In this document: piece by piece, positions 1 through 10,020 of the stretch
How the letters are laid out: every line of letters starts with the position of its first letter
Numbering within the stretch: position 1 is the first letter of the stretch
Origin: an uncultured Gemmatimonadales bacterium
GTDB taxonomy: Bacteria > Gemmatimonadota > Gemmatimonadetes > Gemmatimonadales > GWC2-71-9
Assembly: GCA_963817715.1 (NCBI GenBank)
Contig: CAWFPG010000019.1
Span: 41,484-105,483 of the forward strand
DNA length: 64,000 nt
Direction: 5' to 3'
The notes under the pieces: generated by a model
What the model was told of the DNA's origin: nothing
The model's database searches: none
Seen by the model: the letters and a program-made list of their open reading frames with translations, nothing else
Translations under genes and position numbers: made by a program

Positions 1-860
1 GGAAGATCGGGCAGGGCGAGAAGGTCGCCGGGCCCTTGCAGCCGACGTGGTAGAGGCACCACGCCTTGCGGGCGTTGTCGTCGTCGAACTCCTCGACGAA
101 CTGGCCGGCATCGAAGTTGGCGCGGCGGGGACACTGATCGTGGATCCGGGCCCCGTAGGCGAACAGCGGCCGGCCGTCGCCATCGGTCTTGGGCAGCGCC
201 CCGAAGGTCAGGAAGTGCGCCACCACGGCCGTCACCACGTCGCCGATCGGCGGGACAGCCGGCGATGTTGACGACCGGCTTGTCCTTGATGATCTCGGAG
301 ACGCCGACCGCCCCGGTGGGATTGGGGCGCGCCGCCTGGACGCTGCCCCAATGGGCGCAGGCGCCGAGTGCCAGGATCGCCGACGCACCCGCTGCCGCCT
401 CCTCGAGAACCGTCTTGGCGGTGCGGCCGCCGATCGTGAGATAGACCCCGTTGTCGTTGAGCGGCACCGAGCCGGTCACGACCAGCAGGTACTTGCCGGC
501 GTTGTCCTTCATCGCCGACTGCAGCGCCGATTCGGCCGCGTGGCCCGAGGCGGCCATCAGGGTGTGCGAGTAGTCGAGCGAGATCAGGTCGAGGATCAGG
601 TTGCCGATGGTCGGCTCGGAGGTCCGGATCACGCTCTCGACGCAGCCGGTGCACTCCTGCAGCTGGATCCAGATCACGCTGGGCCGCTTCTGGGCTTGCA
701 GCGCGGTGGCCATCCGCTCGGCCGTGCTGCGGCCGAGACCGAGGATCACACAGAGTCCACCGGTAAACTCGAGAAAGTCTCGTCGCGACACACCGTTCTT
801 GGCGAGGTGTTCGCCGAGGGTGTCGCCCTCGGCCCAGGGATGGGCCAGTGGTCCGAACAT
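1..860 (-). CDS. hyaA: Group 1 [NiFe]-hydrogenase small subunit (Tat-exported); runs off the window; one apparent +1 frameshift near 252
   Basis: Manual translation from ATG at 860: MFGPLAHPW...SRRDFLEF (twin-arginine signal), QLQECTGC, GACAHWGSVQAARPNPTG, NIAGCP, then in the shifted frame HDQCPRRANFDAGQF...WCLYHVGCKGP. SD GGAGGTG at 866-872. Not in the ORF track because no stop is reached. Confidence 0.9.
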   Translation of the reverse strand, partial: MFGPLAHPWAEGDTLGEHLAKNGVSRRDFLEFTGGLCVILGLGRSTAERMATALQAQKRPSVIWIQLQECTGCVESVIRTSEPTIGNLILDLISLDYSHTLMAASGHAAESALQSAMKDNAGKYLLVVTGSVPLNDNGVYLTIGGRTAKTVLEEAAAGASAILALGACAHWGSVQAARPNPTGAVGVSEIIKDKPVVNIAGCPADRRRGDGRGGALPDLRGAAQDRWRRPAAVRLRGPDPRSVSPPRQLRCRPVRRGVRRRQRPQGVVPLPRRLQGPGDLLALPDL

Positions 861-1247
861 GTTGTCACCTCCGGCGGGCGCGCGATCCCGCCACCACGGG
901 AAACAGCCTACATCGGACTGCCAATGCGGGGAGCCGGGGGGCGCAGCGGCGTCTCAGGTCCTGCCTGGGGAGTGCGCGCAGCCGACCACGGCTCATGGGG
1001 ATACCACATGGTTCTGATTGTAGGAGAGAGTGGGGTGCCACGTAGTGGGGAAATGCCGTACAGCTCGAGGTGCAATGCCGAGGTGAGCGCTCGGTCTTTT
1101 GGGGTATCTGGAGTGCCCTGGGCAGTCAGCGCACCGGCGCCTCATGAGAATCTGTTCTCCAAACGCTGAACAGGAGCCGAAGAAACCTGCCCTCGGCGCC
1201 GGGCATCCTGTCTTCGCAGTATCCCTCCCAGCGTCGCTCGGAGCGAG

Positions 1248-1666
1248 TCACGACTTGGGGCGGAGCGAGAGTGTGAGGGTGACGGTCTGGTCGACATGGC
1301 CTGGCACGGTGCCGCGGAAGACCACCTGATGGTCGCGCGGCTCGACCCCGCCGTCGGCGACGAGGATCACGTCGGTGAAGTCGCGCAGCACCGTGGCGGG
1401 GCGGAACCCCACGACGATTCCCTCGGGGGCCTCGGCCACGAAGGTGATCGGTCCCTCGTAGCCGCCCGGCTCGCGAGTGATGTCGATCGAGATGTTGATC
1501 GGCTGGGCGACCTCGGCGATCCGCTGGCTGCCCTCGCGGATGGTCAGGACGTAGCCGGGCTTCTCGAGCGCCGGGTCGTCCGACAGGTCGCCGGTCGGGC
1601 CGGCCGGGCCAGTGCACGCCGCCAGGGCGATCATCATGCCGAGCGGGACCAGACGCGACGCGTCAC
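1248..1666 (-). CDS. Hypothetical lipoprotein
   Basis: Lipobox-like MMIALAAC followed by a beta-rich domain. Probable GTG start at 1666 overlapping the arfB stop needs a 1-nt indel; the in-frame ATG is at 1637. Confidence 0.6.
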
Positions 1667-2097
1667 TCCTCGGGCGGCGGCCGCCGTTGTCGCTTGAGTT
1701 CGCCACGCTGCTTCTTCTCCTTGATGCGCCGCTCGCGCGAGGCGCGGGTCGGCCGAGTGGGCTTGCGGCTCTTCGGGATGACCAGTCCCTGTCGCACAAT
1801 GGTCACAAATCGGGTCACCACCGCCTCGCGGTTGCGCAGCTGGCTCCGTTCGCCCTGGGCCACCAGGCGGAGCTTCCCCTCGGAGTTGAGTCGCGAGGCG
1901 AGTCGCTCGAGGAGGCGGGAGCGGTCATCGTCGTCGAGCGACGAGGAGCCGGCCACATCCCAGACCAGTTCGATCCGGGTCGAGGAGGTGTTCACGTGCT
2001 GCCCGCCCGGCCCGCTACTGCGAGTGGCGCGCAGCTCGAGCTCGGCCAGCGGGATCGCCAGCCGCTCGTTGATCCGGACCGGGTCGTCGATGGCCAT
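1663..2097 (-). CDS. arfB: Alternative ribosome rescue peptidyl-tRNA hydrolase ArfB (YaeJ)
   Basis: RSSGPGGQHVN GGQ motif, RSQLRNRE, basic C-terminal tail PTRPTRASRERRIKEKKQRGELK. Confidence 0.93.
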   Translation of the reverse strand: MAIDDPVRINERLAIPLAELELRATRSSGPGGQHVNTSSTRIELVWDVAGSSSLDDDDRSRLLERLASRLNSEGKLRLVAQGERSQLRNREAVVTRFVTIVRQGLVIPKSRKPTRPTRASRERRIKEKKQRGELKRQRRPPPEE

Positions 2098-2102
2098 GAG
2101 GG

Positions 2103-2144
2103 ACGCTAACCGGGGATCGGGCACCGCGGCAGAGGGTTTAGCTT
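2103..2144. promoter_or_regulatory. Back-to-back -10 boxes for probably leaderless arfB and larE transcripts
   Basis: TAGCTT (2139-2144, +) is 6 nt before the larE ATG; TAGCGT (2108-2103, -) is 5 nt before the arfB ATG; no SD sequences. Confidence 0.45.
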
Positions 2145-2150
2145 TCCGGG

Positions 2151-2948
2151 ATGCGCATGCTCGAGGCCCTCGCCGACTCTCTGCAGCCGCTCGGGCGGGT
2201 GCTGCTGGGCTATTCCGGGGGGATCGACTCGACCCTCCTGGCGGTGGTGGGGCGGCGGGCGCTGGGCCCCGATCGGTTCCTGGCGGCGCTCGGTGTCTCG
2301 CCCTCGCTCGGTGCTGCCCAGCACCGGCGCGCAGTGGCGCTGGCGGGGCAGTTCGATCTGCCGCTGGTCGAGCTGGCCACCGACGAACTCGACGACACCG
2401 CCTACCGTGCCAATGGCCTCGACCGCTGCTACCACTGCAAGCGCACCCTGTGGCGCCGACTCGGCGCGCTCGCCGCGACCGGCGGCTGGACCACCCTCAT
2501 CGACGGGACCAACGCCGACGATCTCGGCGAGCATCGCCCGGGTGCCCGGGCCGGCCGCGAGGCGGCGGTCCGCACCCCGCTGGCCGACCTGGGGTGGACC
2601 AAGGCCGACGTTCGCCGGGCATCGCGGGCGCTGGGCATCCCCGGCTGGGATGCGCCGGCTTCGCCCTGTCTCGCGTCGCGGATCCGGCCGCACCTCGAGG
2701 TCACGACCGATCGGCTCGGTCAGGTCGAGGCCGCGGAGGCGTGGCTCCGGCAGGCCGGGGTCGAGGGCGACCTGCGGGTTCGCCACCACGGCGACCTCGC
2801 CCGGATCGAGGTGCTGCCGGCGATGTTCGCGATGGTCGACCGGCTGCTCCCCGCGGCGGTCGGGGCATTCACCGCGCTGGGGTTCGCCGCGGTGGAGCGC
2901 GACCCCCGTGGCTATCGCCGCGGCTCCCTCACCGTGCTCGCCGGCTAG
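2151..2948 (+). CDS. larE: LarE-family ATP-dependent sulfur transferase (TIGR00268-like)
   Basis: PP-loop YSGGIDS, RCYHCK, DGTNADD...RPG, SPCLASRI, LRVRHHG. Confidence 0.88.
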   Translation: MRMLEALADSLQPLGRVLLGYSGGIDSTLLAVVGRRALGPDRFLAALGVSPSLGAAQHRRAVALAGQFDLPLVELATDELDDTAYRANGLDRCYHCKRTLWRRLGALAATGGWTTLIDGTNADDLGEHRPGARAGREAAVRTPLADLGWTKADVRRASRALGIPGWDAPASPCLASRIRPHLEVTTDRLGQVEAAEAWLRQAGVEGDLRVRHHGDLARIEVLPAMFAMVDRLLPAAVGAFTALGFAAVERDPRGYRRGSLTVLAG

Positions 2949-2951
2949 TCG

Positions 2952-3578
2952 ATGCGCTGCCTGGGCCGGGTCGTCTCCGCGATCGTGCTGATCCTGCTGC
3001 TCTCTGCGGGATGGCTCTACCGGGGCGAGATCACTCGTTACGTGCGTGGGGTGATCGACCCGATCTCGGTGGCGCGCCGCACCGGGGCACCAAGCGAGGC
3101 CGGGCGCACTTCGGCGAGGGCAAAGGTCTCCGAGCTGATCGCCGACCGACCCGATTCGGTGTTGCTGAATGCCAGCGAGATGGCCTCCCTGGTGGCCGAC
3201 GGCAGCGAATTGCTCGGGGTGCGTGGCGTTGATTCGGTGCGGGTCGAACTTGGCGACCGGCGGATCCGGGTCCGGGCGTTGATCGACCTGGCCCAACTTC
3301 CCGACCGGCTCCGGGCGGCGATCCCGGGGGCGGCCACCGACCGTGAAGAAGTCGTCGCGGAGGGGCCCCTCACGCCGGCGCGCCCGGGGGTGGCCGAGTG
3401 GCAGCTCGACCGGGTGGTCGTGCGCGGGCTGCCGTTGCCCGCCGGGCTGGTCGCGCGGGTGCTGGGCCGGCTCACCGGCCGCGAGAGCGATGGCAGGGTG
3501 TTGATCCGGATGCCCGATGCGATCGAGGGATTCCGGGTCCGTCCCGAGGGAGTCGCCCTGTATCGGAGTGCCCCATGA
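2952..3578 (+). CDS. Hypothetical protein with N-terminal membrane anchor
   Basis: 208-aa ORF, hydrophobic N-terminal helix, tight operon spacing with both neighbours. Confidence 0.7.
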   Translation: MRCLGRVVSAIVLILLLSAGWLYRGEITRYVRGVIDPISVARRTGAPSEAGRTSARAKVSELIADRPDSVLLNASEMASLVADGSELLGVRGVDSVRVELGDRRIRVRALIDLAQLPDRLRAAIPGAATDREEVVAEGPLTPARPGVAEWQLDRVVVRGLPLPAGLVARVLGRLTGRESDGRVLIRMPDAIEGFRVRPEGVALYRSAP

Positions 3579-4964
3579 CCGGTCGCCTGCTGGTGGTCGA
3601 CGACGAACGCTCGATCCGCGACATCCTCGCCCAGGTGCTCGGCTACGAAGGGCACGAGGTGGTGACCGCCTCGTCCGGCGGCGAGGCGCTCAATCTCTAC
3701 CGCCAACGGCCATTCGACCTGGTGCTGCTCGACGTCAAGATGCAGGGGATCGACGGCCTCGACGCCCTGAGCCAGTTGCGCCAGCTCGATCCCGAGGCGC
3801 GCGTGGTGATGATTTCCGGGCACGGGACGATCAGCACCGCGGTGCAGGCGGTGAAGGAGGGGGCGTTCGACTTCCTCGAGAAGCCGCTCGATTCCGACCG
3901 GTTGCTGGTCACGGTGTCGCGCGCCCTCGAACATCGGCGCCTGGCCGGGGAGAACGCCCGGCTGCGTGAGGGGCTCGCCCAGGCGACCGACACACGGTTC
4001 GCCATGGTCGGCGACTCGGCGGCGCTGCGCGCGATCCGCGAGCTGGTGGCCCGGGTCGGCCCCACCAACGCCCGGGTGCTGGTGACCGGGGAGAACGGCA
4101 GTGGCAAGGAGCTGGTGGCCAGGGCGATCCACGAGGCCTCGCCGCGGTGCGAGCGAGCCATTCGTGGAGGTCAACTGCGCCGCGATTCCCAGCGAACTGG
4201 TGGAGAGCGAGCTCTTCGGCCACGTGAAGGGGGCGTTCACCGGGGCGGTGGCCGACCAGACCGGCAAGTTCGACGCGGCCAATGGCGGTACGCTCTTCCT
4301 CGACGAGATCGGCGACCTGGCGCTGTCGGCGCAGGCCAAGATCCTCCGGGCGCTGCAGGAGGGGGTGATCGTCCGGGTTGGCGACTCGAAGCCGATCAGC
4401 GTCGACGTGCGGGTGATCGCGGCGACCAACCGCGACCTCGAGCAGGAGATCGCCGCGGGTCGCTTCCGCGAGGACCTCTACTTCCGGCTCAACGTGATGC
4501 TGATCCGCGTGCCGCCGCTCCGCGAGCGGGCCGAGGACATCCCGGCCCTGGTGTCGCACTTCGTGGCGGTGGTGGGGCGGGGGCCGGGGATGATGCCGAA
4601 GCCGTTCAGCGGCGACGCACTGCGCCGCCTGCAGCGGCGTCGCTGGCCCGGCAACGTGCGGGAGTTGCGCAACGCGGTCGAGCGGCTGCTGATCCTCTCG
4701 GCCGGTCCGGAAGTGACGGTCGAGGACATCGACCGGGTGCTGGCCCCGGACACCGGCCCGCCGCTCGACGCGGGGAAGATGGCCGAGGACGCCGGCGAGC
4801 AGACCTTCCAGGAGTTCCGTGAGGACGCCGAACGGGCGTTCCTCGTCGCCCGGCTCCGGGAGCACTACTGGAACGTGGCCGAGACGGCCCGGGTGCTGGG
4901 GATGCCGCGGTCGAACCTCTACAACAAGATCGAGAAGTACGGGATCGAGCGGGAGCGCGGATGA
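3575..4964 (+). CDS. Sigma-54-dependent response regulator (NtrC/NtrX family); apparent frameshift near 4148
   Basis: Receiver domain (LVVDDE, LLDVKM, FLEKP); GENGSGKE in ORF 3398-4822; [29 protein letters not shown] and the C-terminal HTH in ORF 4101-4964. Confidence 0.9.
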
Positions 4965-5452
4965 CGGACCAACGTGATTGGGACAAGGAACTCGCCAAGA
5001 TCGACCGGCTGATGGGGAAGGACCCCGGCAAGGCGCCCCCGGCGCCGGCCGGTGGCGAACGGGCCGGTCCACCTGCCGCCGCGAGCGGATCGCCGCCGGC
5101 TGCCCCGGCGCGAGCGGAGAGCCGACGGCAGGCGCCGACACCCACCGGGACGGCCCGCGGCGGCTTCGCGGTGTGGCTGATCACGCTGCTCGGGCCGGTC
5201 GGCGTGGTGGCGCTCACCGTGTGGCCCTATCCGCGCGACTGCGGCATGCTCTTGTGGGTGTACCTTGTCGGGGTCGCGGCGGTGCTGGCGGCGGGGATCT
5301 GGGCGATGCGCACCGCCTGGGAGAGTCGCCGCGGGTTGCCGATGGTGATCGGCCTGGCCACGCTGCTGGCCGCCCTCGTCCTGGCCACCGCCGAAGTGTT
5401 GCCCCGGGTGGGCTATGCTGCCCACGAACTCACCTGGACCTGTTCCACCTGA
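4961..5452 (+). CDS. Hypothetical membrane protein
   Basis: ATGA overlap with the upstream stop; charged N-terminus, Pro/Ala linker, three hydrophobic helices. Confidence 0.7.
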   Translation: MTDQRDWDKELAKIDRLMGKDPGKAPPAPAGGERAGPPAAASGSPPAAPARAESRRQAPTPTGTARGGFAVWLITLLGPVGVVALTVWPYPRDCGMLLWVYLVGVAAVLAAGIWAMRTAWESRRGLPMVIGLATLLAALVLATAEVLPRVGYAAHELTWTCST

Positions 5453-5466
5453 ACCGACATGGATCA

Positions 5467-6957
5467 ATGGCGAAGAACTTCAAGAACTTCATCGGCGGCC
5501 AGTGGGTCGCTCCCTCCACCGGTCGCTATTTCGAGAACCGCAACCCGGCCGACACCGGCGACCTGATCGGGCGCTTCCCGGATTCGGGCAAGGCCGACGT
5601 GACCGCCGCGGTCCGCTCGGCGAAGGCCGGCTTCGAGCAGTGGTCGCGGACCCCGGCCCCGCTGCGGGGCGACGTGCTGCGCCGCGTCGGCGACCTCATG
5701 ACCGCCCGGAAGGACGAGATCGCCGACCTGATGACCCGCGAGATGGGCAAGGTGGTGGCGGAGACCGCCGGCGACGTGCAGGAGGGCATCGACACGGCCT
5801 ACTACGCCGCCACCGAGGGACGGCGGCTGTTCGGGCACACGGTCCCGAGTGAGCTGCGGCAGAAGTTCGCGATGAGCGTGCGCCGCCCGATCGGGCCCGC
5901 GGGGCTGATCATGCCGTTCAACTTCCCGCTGGCGATCCCGACCTGGAAGGCGTTCCCGGCACTGCTCTGCGGCAACAGCATCATCATCAAGCCGTCGGAG
6001 GACGTCCCCCACACCGCGACGGTGCTGGTGGAGATCCTGCTCGAGGCGGGGCTGCCGCCCGAGGTGGTGCAGCTGGTGCATGGCGGCGGTGAGGTCGGCG
6101 CGGCGCTGGTCGCCCACAAGGACGTGCCCCTGATCTCGTTCACCGGGTCGACCGACACCGGTGCCAAGATCGGCGAGGTCTGCGGCCGGATGCACAAGCG
6201 GCTCTCGCTCGAGATGGGCGGCAAGAACGCCCAGATCGTGATGGACGATGCCGATCTCGACCTGGCGCTCGACGGCGTGCTCTGGGGCGCCTTCGGGACC
6301 ACCGGGCAGCGCTGCACGGCGACGTCGCGGCTGATCGTCCACCGCAAGGTCCACGACAAGCTGGTGAGCCGGCTGGTCGACGCCGCCGGCAAGCTGGTGC
6401 TGGGCGATGGCCGCCAGCCGCGGACCCAGGTCGGTCCGCTGATCCACGAGGCGGCCCGCGAGAAGGTCGAGCGCTACGTGGCGATCGGCCAGGAGCAGGG
6501 GGCCGAGCTGGTGCTGGGTGGCAGCCGTCCGCGCGGCCAGCGGACCCGCAACGGCTGGTTCTACCGGCCCACGGTCTTCACCAACGTCAAGCGCGGCTCA
6601 CGGCTCGCCACCGAGGAGATCTTCGGTCCGGTCCTGAGCGTGATCCGGGTGAACAGCTATGCCGACGCGGTGAAGGTCAACAACGAGGTCAAGTACGGCC
6701 TGTCGTCGGCGATCTACACCCGCGATGTCAACCGGGCGTTCCGCGCCATGGAGGACCTCCAGAACGGCATCACCTACGTCAATGCGCCGACCATCGGCGC
6801 GGAGGCGCACCTGCCGTTCGGCGGCGTGAAGCAGACCGGCAACGGGCACCGCGAAGGTGGCTGGGAAGTGTTCGAGTTCTACTCGGAGACCAAGGTCAAC
6901 TACGTCGACTTCTCCGGCACACTGCAGCGGGCACAGATCGACACGTACGACGTCTGA
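5467..6957 (+). CDS. NAD(P)-dependent aldehyde dehydrogenase
   Basis: PFNFP, IIKPSE, FTGST, LEMGGKN, GQRCTA (catalytic Cys), EEIFGPV, PFGGVKQTG. Confidence 0.95.
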   Translation: MAKNFKNFIGGQWVAPSTGRYFENRNPADTGDLIGRFPDSGKADVTAAVRSAKAGFEQWSRTPAPLRGDVLRRVGDLMTARKDEIADLMTREMGKVVAETAGDVQEGIDTAYYAATEGRRLFGHTVPSELRQKFAMSVRRPIGPAGLIMPFNFPLAIPTWKAFPALLCGNSIIIKPSEDVPHTATVLVEILLEAGLPPEVVQLVHGGGEVGAALVAHKDVPLISFTGSTDTGAKIGEVCGRMHKRLSLEMGGKNAQIVMDDADLDLALDGVLWGAFGTTGQRCTATSRLIVHRKVHDKLVSRLVDAAGKLVLGDGRQPRTQVGPLIHEAAREKVERYVAIGQEQGAELVLGGSRPRGQRTRNGWFYRPTVFTNVKRGSRLATEEIFGPVLSVIRVNSYADAVKVNNEVKYGLSSAIYTRDVNRAFRAMEDLQNGITYVNAPTIGAEAHLPFGGVKQTGNGHREGGWEVFEFYSETKVNYVDFSGTLQRAQIDTYDV

Positions 6958-7052
6958 GGACGGAGAGCAGAGAACGGAGAACGGAGAGCAGAGCACTCCA
7001 AGTGGCTCAGCGACCAATTCTCGCGTTCTCCGTTCTCCGCTCTCCGTTCTCC
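6956..7052. repeat. Inverted pair of heptamer tandem arrays (GAGAACG family)
   Basis: 6 units GAGGACG/GAGAGCA/GAGAACG at 6956-6997, a 20-nt spacer, then 5 complementary units (GTTCTCC) at 7018-7052. Confidence 0.9.
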
Positions 7053-7156
7053 GGTTCCTCCCCCCTTGCCCCCATCCGATCGCCCCGGGTATTCTCCGGC
7101 ACCTACCCACGACAGCTGTATTGCTCGGTAATGTCCACGCACGAAGAGGTTGTGCG

Positions 7157-8029
7157 ATGCGACCACTGCAGGTCCGCGGCGGCAGCCGCGGTGGCACCGG
7201 GGCAGACGAAGGTTCGCTCGACGTCTATCTCCGGGACATCAGTCGGTATCCGCTGATCACCAAGGCGGATGAAGTGGCCCTCGCGAAGCGGATTCGCAAG
7301 GGCGATCAGGAAGCCCTCGATACCCTCGTTCGCAGCAACCTCCGCTTCGTCGTCTCCGTCGCCAAGAAATACCAGAACCAGGGCGTGTCGCTCGCCGACC
7401 TGATCAACGAGGGCAACCTCGGGCTGATTCGTGCCGCCCACAAGTTCGACGAGTCGAAGGGGATCAAGTTCATCTCCTACGCGGTCTGGTGGATCCGCCA
7501 GGCGATCCTCCAGGCCCTGGCCGAGCAGTCGCGCATCGTGCGGGTACCGCTCAATCGGGCCGGCACGCTGCACCGGATCGGCCGGCGGACCTCGGCGTTG
7601 CAGCAGGAGCTGGGGCGCGACCCCACGGCCGGGGAGATCGCCGAGGGGATGGACCTCGACGTGGCCGAGGTGGAGCGGACGATGGCGATCTCGCAGAGCC
7701 ATCTCTCGCTCGACGCGCCGGTGACCCAGGGCGAGGACAACCGGCTGCTCGACTATCTCCCCGACCAGCACGGCCGTGGTCCCGACGCCGAGGCGATCGA
7801 CCATGCCCTCAGCGAGAGCATCGACAGTTGCTTCAAGTCGCTGCGGGAGCGCGAGGCACGGATCCTCCGGCTCTACTTCGGCCTCGACTCGCCCCAGCCG
7901 AAGACGCTCGAGGAGATCGGCGCCATGCTCGGGATCACCCGGGAACGGGTTCGCCAGATCAAGGAGAAGGCGCTGCAGCGACTCCGCCACCAGGGCGAGG
8001 CACGCGCACTGGAATCGTTCCTGAGTTGA
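7157..8029 (+). CDS. RpoD/SigA-family sigma-70 factor lacking region 1.1
   Basis: SLDVYLRDI, LVRSNLRFVVSVAKKY, DLINEGNLGL, KFISYAVWWIRQ, TLEEIG...TRERVRQI. Candidate -10 TATTCT at 7089-7094. Confidence 0.92.
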   Translation: MRPLQVRGGSRGGTGADEGSLDVYLRDISRYPLITKADEVALAKRIRKGDQEALDTLVRSNLRFVVSVAKKYQNQGVSLADLINEGNLGLIRAAHKFDESKGIKFISYAVWWIRQAILQALAEQSRIVRVPLNRAGTLHRIGRRTSALQQELGRDPTAGEIAEGMDLDVAEVERTMAISQSHLSLDAPVTQGEDNRLLDYLPDQHGRGPDAEAIDHALSESIDSCFKSLREREARILRLYFGLDSPQPKTLEEIGAMLGITRERVRQIKEKALQRLRHQGEARALESFLS

Positions 8030-8037
8030 GCCAGCAG

Positions 8038-8153
<116 letters not shown>

Positions 8154-8189
8154 CCGGCCGACCCTATTGCCCGGGCCGGGCCGTTCCGA

Positions 8190-8195
8190 TACCCT
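8190..8195 (+). promoter_or_regulatory. -10 box of a probably leaderless yajQ transcript
   Basis: TACCCT 6 nt upstream of ATG 8202; no SD. Confidence 0.4.
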
Positions 8196-8201
8196 CCCGG
8201 C

Positions 8202-8705
8202 ATGGCTACCACTGCATCGTTCGACGTGTCGACCGGTGTCGACCTCCAGGAGGTCGACAACGCCGTCAATCAGGCGCACAAGGAACTGACGTCGCGCTAC
8301 GACTTCAAGGGGACCCACTGCACGATCGAGTTCGATCGCGAGGCGGGGACGATCGCGCTCCATGCCGACGACGAGTTTCGCATGGACGCGCTGCTCGATA
8401 TCGTGCGCGGCAAGCTGATCAAGCGTGGGGTGCCGGTGAAGAACCTCGGCATCGGCGAGCTGATCCCCGCCACCGGCGCCTCGGTGCGTCGCACCCTGAC
8501 GCTGACGCAGGGAATCCCGCAGGAGACCGCCAAGCGGATCCAGAAGGCGATCCGCGACGCCGGCTTCAAGAAGGTCCAGGCCTCGATCCAGGGCGACGAG
8601 GTGCGGGTGAGCTCCCCGTCGAAGGACACCCTGCAGGAGGTGATGGCACTGCTCCGCGGTGAGGACTTCGGCGTCGAGCTGCAATTCGGCAACTACCGCG
8701 GATGA
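8202..8705 (+). CDS. yajQ: YajQ-family nucleotide/c-di-GMP-binding protein
   Basis: SFDVSTGVDLQEVDNAVNQA, RYDFKG, KVQASIQGDEVRVS, LQFGNYR. Confidence 0.92.
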   Translation: MATTASFDVSTGVDLQEVDNAVNQAHKELTSRYDFKGTHCTIEFDREAGTIALHADDEFRMDALLDIVRGKLIKRGVPVKNLGIGELIPATGASVRRTLTLTQGIPQETAKRIQKAIRDAGFKKVQASIQGDEVRVSSPSKDTLQEVMALLRGEDFGVELQFGNYRG

Positions 8706-9943
8706 CTCCCTCGGTCGTGTCGGTCGGGCTGGCCGCGATGCTCGCCGCCGGATCGTGCATGCCCCCCGACGAGCCCGCCGTGGTGCCGGGCCCCATCTCG
8801 GCCGAACCGCAGCTCCGGGTCGGTCTCTACGACGACATCGTCCGGCCACGGTTCACCGCCGACGGCGGGCTGCAGGTGATCGACCCCGACGAGGGTGAGG
8901 TCACCACGATCGCCCCCGCTGCCGAAGTGGCCGCCGTGGTGCGCGGTGACCTGGTCGGCCTCGAGTTCGGTGTACGACCACTCTCGCGCCGGGTCATGAT
9001 CCTCCGGCCAGTCGACGCCGATCGTCCGATCCGGATCAATGGCCGGCCCTATCGTGGCAGCCTGGAGCTGCGCCGGGGCGACGACGGCGTGCAGGTGATC
9101 AACCGGGTCGGACTCGAGTCGTATCTCGCCGGGGTGGTCGGCGCCGAGATGGGGCGCCGGGCACCCGGCGACGAGGCGGCGTTGGCGGCCCAGGCGGTGG
9201 CCTCGCGGACCTATGCCCTCAAGCGACTGGCCGAGGGTGGGTCACTCGCTGGCTATCATCTGGTGGCCACCGTCAACGCCCAGGTCTACGGCGGCATCAC
9301 CAGCGAAAATCCGATGGCCACCGCCGCGGTGGCCGCCACCCGTGGCCAGGTGCTCACCTGGCGGGGCGCCCTGATCGATGCCTTCTACTCGTCGACCTGT
9401 GGCGGGCGTTCCGAGGCGGCCAGCGATGTGTTCGTGGGTGGTGACCGGCCCTACCTGCGGTCGCAGCCCGATGTGGCGCCCGATGGAACGCCGTACTGTG
9501 CCATCTCGCCGCGCTACCGCTGGCACGAACGCTGGACCGCCGCCGAACTCGCGGTGATCCTGCGTCGGACCCTCGCCAGCGAGGGGCTGGCGACCGCGCG
9601 CGCCCGTGACCTGAGCGACCTGCGGGTGATCGACCGAACCCCGTCGGGACGGGTCGCCACGCTGGCCCTGATGGGGCGCGACGGCACCACCCTCGTTCGT
9701 GGCTCTGCGGTCCGCCGGGTGCTCCAGACGACGGCCGGTGGTCTGCTCTGGAGCGCCGACTTCACCATCCGGGTCGCCCGACGTGGAGGCCGGATCGAGC
9801 GGATCGAGGCCGAGGGCCACGGCTCCGGGCATGCGGTGGGGATGTGCCAGTGGGGCGCGATCGGCCGAGCCCGGGCTGGACAGGATTACCAGTCGATCCT
9901 GATGAGCTACTTTCCGGGGACCGAGCTGACGACGGTGTATTGA
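8702..9943 (+). CDS. SpoIID/LytB-domain protein (probable lipoprotein)
   Basis: YRGSLE, LESYLAGVVGAEM, AQAVASRTYA, YSSTCGG, GHGSGHAVGMCQWGA, ILMSYFPG. Confidence 0.9.
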   Translation: MTPSVVSVGLAAMLAAGSCMPPDEPAVVPGPISAEPQLRVGLYDDIVRPRFTADGGLQVIDPDEGEVTTIAPAAEVAAVVRGDLVGLEFGVRPLSRRVMILRPVDADRPIRINGRPYRGSLELRRGDDGVQVINRVGLESYLAGVVGAEMGRRAPGDEAALAAQAVASRTYALKRLAEGGSLAGYHLVATVNAQVYGGITSENPMATAAVAATRGQVLTWRGALIDAFYSSTCGGRSEAASDVFVGGDRPYLRSQPDVAPDGTPYCAISPRYRWHERWTAAELAVILRRTLASEGLATARARDLSDLRVIDRTPSGRVATLALMGRDGTTLVRGSAVRRVLQTTAGGLLWSADFTIRVARRGGRIERIEAEGHGSGHAVGMCQWGAIGRARAGQDYQSILMSYFPGTELTTVY

Positions 9944-9950
9944 ACACGAT

Positions 9951-10020
9951 GGTCGATGGTCGATGGTCGATGGTCGATGGTCGATGGTCGATGGTCGATG
10001 GTCGATGGTCGATGGACGAT
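9951..10020. repeat. Heptamer tandem array (GGTCGAT)9 + GGACGAT with degenerate tail to about 10050
   Basis: Nine perfect GGTCGAT units start 8 nt after the SpoIID stop. Confidence 0.95.

Noticed and set aside
189-1169. 326-aa plus-strand ORF over the hydrogenase
   Set aside because: It is antisense to the clearly conserved hydrogenase small subunit, which the ORF track missed.
1152-1173. LexA box upstream of the hydrogenase
   Set aside because: The spacing fits neither CTGT-N8-ACAG nor GAAC-N4-GTTC; kept only as an unassigned inverted repeat.
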